Origin: an uncultured Nitrospiraceae bacterium
Lineage (GTDB): Bacteria; Nitrospirota; Thermodesulfovibrionia; Thermodesulfovibrionales; SM23-35
Assembly (NCBI GenBank): GCA_963727775.1
Contig: CAVSHB010000003.1
Coordinates: 288,001-352,000, forward strand
Reading direction: 5' to 3'
DNA length: 64,000 bases
The notes beneath the pieces were generated by a model, which made no database searches, was not told the DNA's origin, and was given only the letters and a program-made list of their open reading frames with translations. Below, piece by piece: positions 31,015 to 40,490 of this stretch (positions within the stretch are counted from its first letter, which is position 1; the number at the start of each line of letters is the position of its first letter). Made by a program: the position numbers and the translations under genes.

Positions 31015-31455
31015 ATGAAATATCTCACAAAAATAAAGGACTTTGTAGTCAGATTCAGCAAGAAGGGGCTGTCCCCGCATGAGATTGCCGCCGGCATAGC
31101 ACTCGGTAATTTCATCGGGTGTATTCCGGTAATGGGGACGCACACAATAATCGCTATTGGGTTTGCATATATCCTGAGGCTCAACACATTGGTTGTCCTG
31201 CTCGGCACACAGATATCAAATCCCTTATCCTACCCTTTTCAGCTTTTTGTCAGTGCTGAGGTCGGAAATCTTATACTGAAGGGTAGTTTTCTTGAGATCA
31301 AGGGTTCACGGGAGATAAGCTTTCTTATTAATCACTATTTAAGGCCAATTCTCGTGGGCAGTCTTGCGCTCGGGACTGTTATATCCGTACTTTCTTATAT
31401 TCTTGTAAAAGGTTTCCTCAACAGAAGGCAGCGCTTAAAACAGGAGGGTATCTGA
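31015..31455 (+). CDS. DUF2062 membrane protein
   Basis: SPHEIAAGIALG..IG..P and SNPL motifs. Confidence 0.85.
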   Translation: MKYLTKIKDFVVRFSKKGLSPHEIAAGIALGNFIGCIPVMGTHTIIAIGFAYILRLNTLVVLLGTQISNPLSYPFQLFVSAEVGNLILKGSFLEIKGSREISFLINHYLRPILVGSLALGTVISVLSYILVKGFLNRRQRLKQEGI

Positions 31456-31479
31456 GGGAAGATACTAACCAAGGATAAT

Positions 31480-32490
31480 ATGACACCTCCTGAATTTCTC
31501 TATTATCTCGGCTATTCAATCAAAAAGCGCTATGTAACGGGGAACCTGCAGAGACTCCCGAACAAAGTTGTAAGCATAGGGAATATAACATGCGGCGGCA
31601 CCGGCAAGACGCCTGCGGCAATAGCCCTGGCAAATGAAGCGAAGAAAAGGGGCTTTCGCCCGTGTGTTTTAACAAGGGGATACAGGGGAAAAGCCAAGAG
31701 CCCCTGTTTCGTAAGCATGGGAGAAGGCCCGTTGCTGGATGAATATCAGGCAGGAGATGAGGCCTTGCTTTTAGCGGAAAAATTAAAGGGAATTCCCGTG
31801 GTAAAGGGAAAAAACCGTTATGAAGCGGGCATGTTCGCGCTCCGCTCCCTGCTCCCGGACCTCCGTCCCGACCTTTTTATACTCGATGACGGCTTCCAGC
31901 ATTGGAGTCTTCACAGAGACAAGGACATTCTGCTTATAGATAGTCTAAGCCCGTTTGGAAACAGGAGGCTATTGCCTCTGGGCCCATTGAGAGAGCCCCT
32001 CGGCGCCTTAGACAGAGCGGACATTATCGTAATAACAAAAACTGACAAAGCAGTCATGCGGATGAATAAGGGTAACGGTTTGATTGAAGAAATAAAAAAG
32101 TATAATGCACGGGCCCCGATATTTTTTACTGCTCACAAACCTTCAGCATTCATAACGATGAAAGGCGATATATTCCCCATAGAATGGGCGCGCAATAAGA
32201 ATTTCTTTGGGTTCTGCGGCATAGGGAATCCCCAATCGTTCAGGGATACCCTCTCATCTGCGGGAGTGAAGATAACCGGACTAAGGCATTTTAGAGACCA
32301 TTATCGATATAGTGCCGGTGATATTAAGGCGATAACAGGCAAGGCAAAAACCAAAGGGGCAGAGTGGATTGTTACAACAGAAAAAGATATAATGAGACTC
32401 AAAGGACTGGCAATGCCGCAGAATATTGTCGCACTGGCAATTGAATTTACAGCCGATGAAGAATTTTATAATGAAGCCTTTAACTCTTGA
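31480..32490 (+). CDS. lpxK: Tetraacyldisaccharide 4'-kinase
   Basis: GNITCGGTGKTP, RGY, GDE, DDGFQH, GPLRE, TEKD. Confidence 0.96.
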   Translation: MTPPEFLYYLGYSIKKRYVTGNLQRLPNKVVSIGNITCGGTGKTPAAIALANEAKKRGFRPCVLTRGYRGKAKSPCFVSMGEGPLLDEYQAGDEALLLAEKLKGIPVVKGKNRYEAGMFALRSLLPDLRPDLFILDDGFQHWSLHRDKDILLIDSLSPFGNRRLLPLGPLREPLGALDRADIIVITKTDKAVMRMNKGNGLIEEIKKYNARAPIFFTAHKPSAFITMKGDIFPIEWARNKNFFGFCGIGNPQSFRDTLSSAGVKITGLRHFRDHYRYSAGDIKAITGKAKTKGAEWIVTTEKDIMRLKGLAMPQNIVALAIEFTADEEFYNEAFNS

Positions 32491-32520
32491 ACCGGGAAAT
32501 TTTCCTAATGTGGAGGTTTT

Positions 32521-32916
32521 ATGGTCAGGTATATAAATGTCAGGAGCAGATCACGGATCGAATTCATCGATATTACCGAGATAGTGCAGGATGTTGTAAA
32601 AGAGGCAGCAATCGAGAAAGGGGTTTGCTATTTATATGTTCCTCATACAACCGCCGGGATTACAATTAACGAAGGCGCAGACCCGAGCGTGCAGCGCGAC
32701 ATACAGAATACACTGAGCAGGATCATACCACATGAGTTGAACTATGCCCATAGAGAAGGCAATGCCGATGCCCATATAAAATCAACCCTCGTCGGTACGT
32801 CCGTCAACGTGATTATCGACGAAGGCAAATTACTCCTGGGTACCTGGCAATCGATATTTTTCTGCGATTTTGACGGGCCAAGACACAGGAGAATAGCAAT
32901 CAAATTCATACAGTGA
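32521..32916 (+). CDS. yjbQ: YjbQ/UPF0047 family protein
   Basis: HTTAGITINE, H.EGNADAH, LGTWQ, DFDGPR. Confidence 0.93.
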   Translation: MVRYINVRSRSRIEFIDITEIVQDVVKEAAIEKGVCYLYVPHTTAGITINEGADPSVQRDIQNTLSRIIPHELNYAHREGNADAHIKSTLVGTSVNVIIDEGKLLLGTWQSIFFCDFDGPRHRRIAIKFIQ

Positions 32917-33743
32917 TGCCGGAAACCGGCGGTGAAACTGAATCTCTCCGTAACGAGATACAAAGACTCAGGAAATCGCTCTCGGAGCTTACTCCTCCCT
33001 TAGAAGTACTTTTAAGGCGCAGGGGTTTCAGAATTTACAAAAAAGAACCTTCAGACGATCTTCTCCTGCCGGAAGAAAAATTTATCGGCGGCTTTTATGA
33101 AATGATGAAAAAATATTCTTTCCGCCTGTTTCTGCGCGATGTTATCAAACATCAGAAATTCTTCAGGCTTGAGGATGTCGCCAGGTATGCGACGGCAGAC
33201 GTTACGCATGACTACCTTGAATATATTAAAGACATCGGCCTTATTGAAAAAAAATCTGACGGCTTCAGACTTGCGATCAGCCCTATAAAGAGCTTCGGTG
33301 AAACACTCGAATGGTTTGTAACCGAGCTGTTCAGAATTGAATTTGCGGCAGAGGCGATATGGGGTATACGGTTCAAAAGGCCGCGGGTCGGGGGTGACTA
33401 CGACCTCATCGCCAAGACAGACGGTTCGATACTATACATGGAGATTAAATCTTCCCCTCCGAAACAGATATACCAAAACGAGATCTCGGCTTTTTTCGAC
33501 AGGGTATCAGACCTGCATCCTGAAATAAGTGTTTTTTTAATGGACACAGAACTAAGGATGAAGGACAAGATAGTGCCGATGTTTGAGGAAGAGCTCGGGA
33601 AAAGATACGATGATCACCCCAAAGCGGTCCGAATGGAGAAAGAACTTTTTCAAATATGGAACAAAATGTTTATTATAAATGCAAAGGACAGCATCACTGC
33701 AAATATCGAGAAGGTATTAGTTCGGTTTTTCAGGAACCAATAA
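32913..33743 (+). CDS. Hypothetical protein with a PD-(D/E)xK nuclease-like motif
   Basis: GETLEW...GDYDLIA......YMEIKSS. Confidence 0.7.
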   Translation: MMPETGGETESLRNEIQRLRKSLSELTPPLEVLLRRRGFRIYKKEPSDDLLLPEEKFIGGFYEMMKKYSFRLFLRDVIKHQKFFRLEDVARYATADVTHDYLEYIKDIGLIEKKSDGFRLAISPIKSFGETLEWFVTELFRIEFAAEAIWGIRFKRPRVGGDYDLIAKTDGSILYMEIKSSPPKQIYQNEISAFFDRVSDLHPEISVFLMDTELRMKDKIVPMFEEELGKRYDDHPKAVRMEKELFQIWNKMFIINAKDSITANIEKVLVRFFRNQ

Positions 33744-34086
33744 ATTGTATATTCCGGCCACCTATTCCGGTGCAAACTGTTCACCTCTATCAGGGGAAGC
33801 CTTGGCTTCGCCCCAAAATGTGCACTGAGGTTTTCTTCTCGAAGTCCGCAACATTGAAACCTGAGACTGCTGCTCTGGCTTAGGAGCCCATCAATCAGCG
33901 AGTATCTTTAATGTTAGTCGCTAAATCGAAATGGTCTTTTTATTTTCTTTTATTATCAATAGGTTATAATTTTATGCTTGCATTTTCCCGCAGAATCGAG
34001 TTTCATTTATAAAGGAAGGCCGCAAAAAGAAAGGCTGAAGAATTTCTTCTCCAGCCTAAAAAATGTGTGTGTGCATGTTAAAAAAA

Positions 34087-34146
34087 CTATTTCTTTTTTG
34101 CGGTCTTCTTTGCTGCCTTTTTTGCTGGAGCTTTCTTTGCTGGCAT
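34087..34146 (-). CDS. 19-aa Lys/Ala-rich basic micropeptide MPAKKAPAKKAAKKTAKKK
   Basis: Strong SD AAGGAGGTGA shortly before the ATG; PAKK/AAKK repeats; TAG stop; absent from the ORF track. Confidence 0.75.
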   Translation of the reverse strand: MPAKKAPAKKAAKKTAKKK

Positions 34147-34425
34147 TATTTAATCACCTCCTTCCTTTACCTTTAAAGCGACGATAATAATTCTCCGCTT
34201 ATATTATTCATATATCATCTATTTCATTTTGTCAATGGGAAAATCACTTTTTAGAACAATTGATGCATTTTTGTGAACGATAAATTGTTTTATGTGAAGT
34301 AATCAAAAAGAGGTGTTTCTTGCTCAACTATTCAGAAGTCGCAGCTTGAGTGGAGGTGGAAAAGTCCGCAATGGTGTCGGGATTTTGATTCCTGCCTTAT
34401 ATTCAAAAACTAACCTACTGGAAAA

Positions 34426-34455
34426 AAGTGCCTCCACATAGTAAGCAGAGGCACT
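34426..34455 (-). terminator. Hairpin terminator downstream of the cupin gene
   Basis: AGTGCCTC / GAGGCACT stem followed by a U-tract on the minus strand. Confidence 0.65.
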
Positions 34456-34485
34456 CCCGATTTCGATAAGCTATTTTGCTTAGCT

Positions 34486-34806
34486 TTATACAGGAGGAGC
34501 AATTGTAACTATTACCCTCATATCATTTATTGCAAGAATGCCATGTGGCTCACGTATATCTGAAATCAAAACATCACCGGTATTAGCAGGCAGTGTTAAT
34601 CCATCCTTGCCTAAGAATTCTCCCTCTCCTTCAAGAACAGCAATGCTTAACTGTCCCTCTACATCGTGAGAATGAATTCCTAATTCCTGACCACTTTTGA
34701 AATTAAAGTTTATTACCCTGAAATATGGGGAATCATGAATTAGAAACTTTTGCATGCCTTTATCACTAAATCCACTTTCTTTGAATACTTCAATCCGTTT
34801 CATCAT
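34486..34806 (-). CDS. Cupin domain protein
   Basis: GQELGIHSH..EG...VLEGEG...EPHG. Confidence 0.85.
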   Translation of the reverse strand: MMKRIEVFKESGFSDKGMQKFLIHDSPYFRVINFNFKSGQELGIHSHDVEGQLSIAVLEGEGEFLGKDGLTLPANTGDVLISDIREPHGILAINDMRVIVTIAPPV

Positions 34807-34901
34807 GGTCGTTTCTCCTTTTAGCATATGAGATTTTATTGTTTGATTTTTTTAAATGGTACACCATCAATTATAATTTGTTTTGGGTTATTATTTAATA
34901 T

Positions 34902-35183
34902 ATGGACAAAGAACTAATACAAATATTGCCATTAGCATTCCTTATTGGATTAATCCCTGCCTTTATAGCCCGAAACAAAGGGAAAAACTTTTTCTTATGG
35001 TGGTTTTATGGTGCTATGTTTTTTATCGTGGCGTTGCCTCATTCATTATGGATTAAACCTGGCAATCAAGAGGTAGGACAAGAGCAGATGTCAGCGGGAA
35101 TGAAGAAATGTTTTTATTGTGCTGAACTTATAAAACGGGAAGCTAAAGTTTGTCAGTATTGTGGGAAATTGCTTCATGATTAA
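34902..35183 (+). CDS. Small membrane protein with a C-terminal zinc ribbon
   Basis: IA..KG..F..WW and KKCFYCAELIKREAKVCQYCG. Confidence 0.8.
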   Translation: MDKELIQILPLAFLIGLIPAFIARNKGKNFFLWWFYGAMFFIVALPHSLWIKPGNQEVGQEQMSAGMKKCFYCAELIKREAKVCQYCGKLLHD

Positions 35184-35494
35184 AAAAGGAGTTTGGCTGA
35201 GCATACCCAATGAATTTTCTATCATCCTTGAATACCTTCCCAGCGGAGAACCTCGGAACTTTTAAACAGCTTTATCCTGAAATACTCAGAGATCGCTTTC
35301 TCCCTTGTTGAAGCCAACACTGTGGCTTTTTTGTGCAGACGCAAGGTTTCCCCCGGAATCAAACGTTCTTCTGGCCGATGTCGAGTGAGGTGTACCTCTC
35401 CAAACATGCATGCCCAATTGCTTATTTGAATAATCAAAAGCACATTTGAAAACAATAATAAATGAAGCTTATGCTCGCAAGTCTTTATTCACCT

Positions 35495-36922
35495 TTATGA
35501 TAAATTCATTGATACATAAAAAGTCTGTATTCCCCTCTTCATCAAAAAAATTATGGGTTTGCCTTTTTCTGTTTTTAACATAATGGATTCATAGTCGTTC
35601 TTATTTCTTACGGGTTTGCGGTTTACCTCTTTAATAATATCTCCTGCGTGTATACCGGCCTCAGCTGCTGGGCTGTCAGGTGAAATCTCGATCACAACAA
35701 TGCCGGCATTATCTTTAAGCCTGAACGCATTCTTCCACTGCGGTTTTATGTCGTCAACCGTCATTCCGAGGTTTTTCTCAGGTATATTCATTTGAGATGC
35801 CACACGTTCCTCTGACATCTCTGCCACAGTAATATTCAAGACTATCTCCTTTCCATCCCTTATCACTTTAACAGGTACTTTTTCCCCTATAGGTGTTTCA
35901 GCAACCCTGCGTGGAAGATCTGGCATGTTCTGAATATCTTTTCCATCGAATGAAATAATAATATCCCCCCTTTTGATTCCTCCAGCATCAGCAGGTCCGC
36001 CCGGGACAACATCACCAATAAGGGCGCCTTTTCTATCTTTCAACCCGAAAGCCTGCGCTATCTCAGGGGTTACAGATTGTATGGATATACCTATCCAGCC
36101 GCGGGTTACCTTGCCTTTGTCTTTTAGCTGTGAGACTACAGATTTTGCCATATTGCTCGGAATGGCGAACCCGATTCCCTGGCCTCCCGCGATTATGCTG
36201 CTATTGATCCCGATTACCTCGCCTTTCAGGTTGACCAAGGGCCCGCCACTATTCCCCGGGTTGATGGGTGCATCCGTCTGGAGGAAGTTGTCATAAGCCC
36301 CTGATCCAAGAGCTCTGCCACTTGCACTTATGATGCCCTGGGTTACCGTATGTTCCAGACCAAAGGGGTTCCCGACGGCAAGCACCCAGTCTCCAACCCT
36401 GATATTGTCCGAATTACCCAGCAAAAGGATTGGAAGGTCTTTAAACAAAGAAGAAATTTTTATTAAGGCAATGTCAGTCTTCGGGTCTCTTCCTACAACC
36501 TTTGCTTTGAATTCCCTTCCGTCTATTAATTTTACTTTTATCTCTTCTGCACCTTCTACAACATGATTATTGGTGATAATGTAGCCATCCTTATCAATGA
36601 TGAAGCCGGAACCCAGACTCTGCTGTTTTAAAGCCCTATCCGGAATATTACCAAAAAACTGTTTGAAAAAGTCCCCGAAAGGACCTTCTTCACCAGGCCC
36701 GAAAAAGTGTCTGAACGGGCTTCCGGGTATCCGTAACGTTGTTGTGGTACTGATATTCACAACAGCAGGCTTTACCTTTTCTGCAAGATCGGCAAAAGAT
36801 TGTGGAAACCCGATAACCTCTGAACCATCCTTTTTCTTACATCCTGCAAAGACACAAAATATACCAGCAATAAGTGATATAAGAATAATGAGTGTCAGTC
36901 TATTCAAAATGTCCTTTTTCAT
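35495..36922 (-). CDS. DegQ/DegP (HtrA) serine protease with two PDZ domains
   Basis: GSGFII, TNNHVV, DIAL, INPGNSGGPL. Confidence 0.95.
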   Translation of the reverse strand: MKKDILNRLTLIILISLIAGIFCVFAGCKKKDGSEVIGFPQSFADLAEKVKPAVVNISTTTTLRIPGSPFRHFFGPGEEGPFGDFFKQFFGNIPDRALKQQSLGSGFIIDKDGYIITNNHVVEGAEEIKVKLIDGREFKAKVVGRDPKTDIALIKISSLFKDLPILLLGNSDNIRVGDWVLAVGNPFGLEHTVTQGIISASGRALGSGAYDNFLQTDAPINPGNSGGPLVNLKGEVIGINSSIIAGGQGIGFAIPSNMAKSVVSQLKDKGKVTRGWIGISIQSVTPEIAQAFGLKDRKGALIGDVVPGGPADAGGIKRGDIIISFDGKDIQNMPDLPRRVAETPIGEKVPVKVIRDGKEIVLNITVAEMSEERVASQMNIPEKNLGMTVDDIKPQWKNAFRLKDNAGIVVIEISPDSPAAEAGIHAGDIIKEVNRKPVRNKNDYESIMLKTEKGKPIIFLMKRGIQTFYVSMNLS

Positions 36923-37330
36923 AGTTTCCTCCTCTGATGGCTTCTTCAAGTTTTTTTGTCCGTGCCTGATTGAACAAGCATTGAACTCTACTTTTCACAA
37001 TAATTATATCAAATAATAAAGTCGTAGGAAGAAGGATATTGACCTGTGAGGTATAACATGGCAATCTTCACTTTGGATCAAGACACAAGTTGACAATCTT
37101 TAATGGTAGTAATCGCATAAAAAAGGACAAAGTGAAGTTAGAACTGATATAGGTTAAGGAGCATGGAAAGTGTTTCAGAGATAGTAAAAAAGAATGATTA
37201 AGAAATTGATTCCCTGCAAAAGTATATCAGGCAGGAAGTGAAACAAACTCGATTTCTCGGAGACAAGTATGTTGAATGATATAATCAATATGTCTGTGGA
37301 TTTAAATAGTTACATAGAAGGATATAAATC

Positions 37331-39970
37331 ATGAACAACCCCTGGCACTCTTTAAAACTTGATGAAGTATTTAGAGTCCTGAACACATCTCCGGAGGGTC
37401 TTTTACAGTCTGCGGCTTCTGAGCGACTTAAGCGCTATGGGCCCAATAAAATAGCAGAGCCTGAAAAGGTCTCTGCCCTTAAAATACTCATTGATGAACT
37501 TACAGGATTTTTTAATATCATCCTTTTCTTTTCAGCCTTTGTTGCCCTATCAGTGGGTTTTCTTCCAGGACATATTCCGAAATATCATGAAGTAATTTTT
37601 ATATTTGCGATTATAATCCTCAACACGATCATTAGTTCTCTTGAAGAATATAAAGCCGCCCAGAGTATTCAATCCCTCCATAAGGTAATGAAAATAAAAG
37701 CAAGAGTTTTGAGGGATGGACAGGAAGCAGAGATTGATTCCAGCGAGATAATCCCTGGAGATATCCTTATTCTTTCTGAAGGAGATAAGGTGCCTGCTGA
37801 TGGAAGAATCACGGAGGGATTTGGATTAAAGGTGGATGAATCAGTATTAACTGGTGAGAGCGTCAGCGCAGACAAGAGTAATATGGAAGTGTCTCAAGAA
37901 GCTATACTCGCTGAAAGAACAGATATGGTCTATTCCGGAACATATGTGACACGAGGAAATGCAAAGGTTGCGGTATCAGCAACAGGGATGTCAACAGAGA
38001 TAGGAAAAATCGCGACTGACCTCTATGAGATAACAGAGCAACCAACATCTTTTCAACTGGAGGTTGCAAAGCTTGGCAAGCAGATTACCATTAGTATTGC
38101 TGCAATTGTAGCAGTCATAGCCGTAACCTATTATTTTTTTGAACACCTGAGTTTCTATGATGTGCTCATCAATTCTATCAGTCTTGGGGTAGCTGCTGTA
38201 CCTGCAAGCCTCCCTGTGGTTATGACATTTGCATTGGCTATGGGCACAAGGAAGATGCTTGAGAAGAATGCACTTGTAAGACATCTGAGTGTTGTAGAAA
38301 GCCTCGGTTCTGTAGATGTAATATGCACTGACAAGACAGGGACCCTGACAGAAAACAGGATGACGGTACAGAAGATATATGTTTTTGACAGGATATCAAA
38401 GACGGAGGATGAGGGTACAGGTTTCGGCACGCAGGCCGTATCATTATTATTAAAGGCATCTGTTCTTTGTAACGAGGCGAAGATTAACACAGACGAAAAA
38501 GATCGTGAAACCTATCTCGGTGATCCAACAGAACTAAGCCTTCTGCTTTTAGCAAGTGAGAAAGGCCTTAATCCCCGGGCCGAGAGAAAGAAATATCCAA
38601 AGATAGGTGAAATACCCTTTTCTTCCGAGACAAAGAGGATGACTACTATCCACAAGATAGATGAAAAGACTGTAGCATATTCCAAAGGTGCAGTGAGTGC
38701 TATTTTGAGTGGCTGTGATCAAATCCTGAAAGGCGATCATACAATGCCATTAACTTCAGGTGATAGGGACAAGATCATGGCGGCAGCAGATTCTATGGCA
38801 GGAGAGGCATTAAGGGTCCTGGCATTCTCCTACAAAGAAGTGTCATCTGTAGAGGCACCGGAGCAAGATGCTGAAAAAGGGATGGTATTCCTGGGACTTG
38901 AAGGTATGATGGACCCTCCAAGAAAAAAGGTTAGGCAGTCCATACAGATAGCCCGTGAAGCGGGAATAAAGATTGTCATGATTACCGGTGATAATAAAAA
39001 GACCGCACAAGCTATAGCCGGAGAGGTTGGGATCGGCAGTAATGCAGTGGAAGGTGAGGATATTGATAAACATGCTGTCGAAGAATTATCAAGAGATGTT
39101 GAGGCAATAGACATCGTAGCACGGGCAACCCCTCAGACAAAATACAAAATAACGCAGGCCTTACAGAAAAACGGCCATTATGTTGCAATGACAGGAGACG
39201 GTGTTAACGATGCTTCGGCCATTAAGCAGTCTGATGTTGGGATAGCTATGGGATTGAGGGGAACAGACGTGGCAAAAGAATCCTCAGACATGATTCTGCT
39301 GGATGATAATTTCAAGACAATAGTAGATGCTGTTGAAGAAGGAAGAAGGATATTCGATAACATCAAGAAATTTGTGAATTATCTTCTCAGTGCCAACCTG
39401 TCAGAGGTTTTTGTTATATTGATTCTGTCATTCTTTGGCTATATACCGCTGACAGGTATTATGGTCCTATGGGTCAATATGGTAACAGATATCATGCCTG
39501 CAAGTGCCCTTGCTGTAGATCCAGCTAACCCGGGCATTATCAGGAGACAACCCAGAAAGGCAGGAGAGCCGGTACTCAATAGGGGTGTAAAGACGCTAAT
39601 CGCATTCAGTGGAATAAAAAAGGTTATTGTACTTCTTATCATTTTTTATATCGGGTTTCATATGGGAGGGATTAAATTGGCACAGACAATGGTCTTTACC
39701 AGTGTAATATTATTTTCATTTGTCCGGATAATGATTGTTCGGCAGATGGATAAACTGTCTATATGGTCAAATAAATGGCTTCTCCTCGCAATGGCAGCAG
39801 GTATCAGTTTGCAACTTATAGTCCTCTATACACCTTTCTTAAGAAACTTCTTCAATGTAATTCCCCTGGGTTACATCCACTGGGTAATTCTTTTGCCTAT
39901 AGTAGTTTCCTCAGCCTTTTTAGGAGTATTCGGTGCAAGGATCATCATGAGATTTGTTCCGGCAATCTAA
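37331..39970 (+). CDS. Cation-transporting P-type ATPase (type II-like)
   Basis: TGES, DKTGT, KGA, DPPR, TGD, GDGVND; TM4 reads AVPASLP instead of PEGL. Confidence 0.95.
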   Translation: MNNPWHSLKLDEVFRVLNTSPEGLLQSAASERLKRYGPNKIAEPEKVSALKILIDELTGFFNIILFFSAFVALSVGFLPGHIPKYHEVIFIFAIIILNTIISSLEEYKAAQSIQSLHKVMKIKARVLRDGQEAEIDSSEIIPGDILILSEGDKVPADGRITEGFGLKVDESVLTGESVSADKSNMEVSQEAILAERTDMVYSGTYVTRGNAKVAVSATGMSTEIGKIATDLYEITEQPTSFQLEVAKLGKQITISIAAIVAVIAVTYYFFEHLSFYDVLINSISLGVAAVPASLPVVMTFALAMGTRKMLEKNALVRHLSVVESLGSVDVICTDKTGTLTENRMTVQKIYVFDRISKTEDEGTGFGTQAVSLLLKASVLCNEAKINTDEKDRETYLGDPTELSLLLLASEKGLNPRAERKKYPKIGEIPFSSETKRMTTIHKIDEKTVAYSKGAVSAILSGCDQILKGDHTMPLTSGDRDKIMAAADSMAGEALRVLAFSYKEVSSVEAPEQDAEKGMVFLGLEGMMDPPRKKVRQSIQIAREAGIKIVMITGDNKKTAQAIAGEVGIGSNAVEGEDIDKHAVEELSRDVEAIDIVARATPQTKYKITQALQKNGHYVAMTGDGVNDASAIKQSDVGIAMGLRGTDVAKESSDMILLDDNFKTIVDAVEEGRRIFDNIKKFVNYLLSANLSEVFVILILSFFGYIPLTGIMVLWVNMVTDIMPASALAVDPANPGIIRRQPRKAGEPVLNRGVKTLIAFSGIKKVIVLLIIFYIGFHMGGIKLAQTMVFTSVILFSFVRIMIVRQMDKLSIWSNKWLLLAMAAGISLQLIVLYTPFLRNFFNVIPLGYIHWVILLPIVVSSAFLGVFGARIIMRFVPAI

Positions 39971-40490
39971 AAAATAAAAATTAATCTGATTGCTTTAACT
40001 ATAATGCTTAACTTACGTATGTTTATTTATGTCATCAAGCAGCATCTTATAATCCTGCGGTGTCAAATGCCAGGCTCCTGGCCTGAAGGGATTATCAAGG
40101 TCATCAATAACAATGTAGATCGTATATGCTAATACCCCGATGCTTAATGTGAAAATATAATCGATCCAGGGATTATTTACGCCGATGAAAAGGGAAAGAA
40201 GAATCAATAACACATCGGCGAAGATGAGAGTATTTTTTAAGATGTGAGGAATGTGAATTGCACTTTGGTAAAGTCTTCTATTGCGATTTTTTACGATATC
40301 ATAAAAAAGAGGTGCAAACTTCATTCTTCCTTTTTCTTCTGTCAGCCGTGCTATTTTATTTCGGAGAGTGTCTAAAATAATTTCCTCTGGCTCACTTCTT
40401 TTCCCTTGTTCCATTATAGGCCATCCTACTTGAATAGTGGAAAGATAGTCCTTTATACATTTAAGAATATTCCCCTGGATATCATTTAAT

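Noticed and set aside
35222..35455. ORF 35222-35455 and other short or antisense ORFs (e.g. 2592-2783, 5646-5915, 33978-34187, 53687-53887)
   Set aside because: No recognisable motifs; most overlap better-supported genes, tRNAs or element ends
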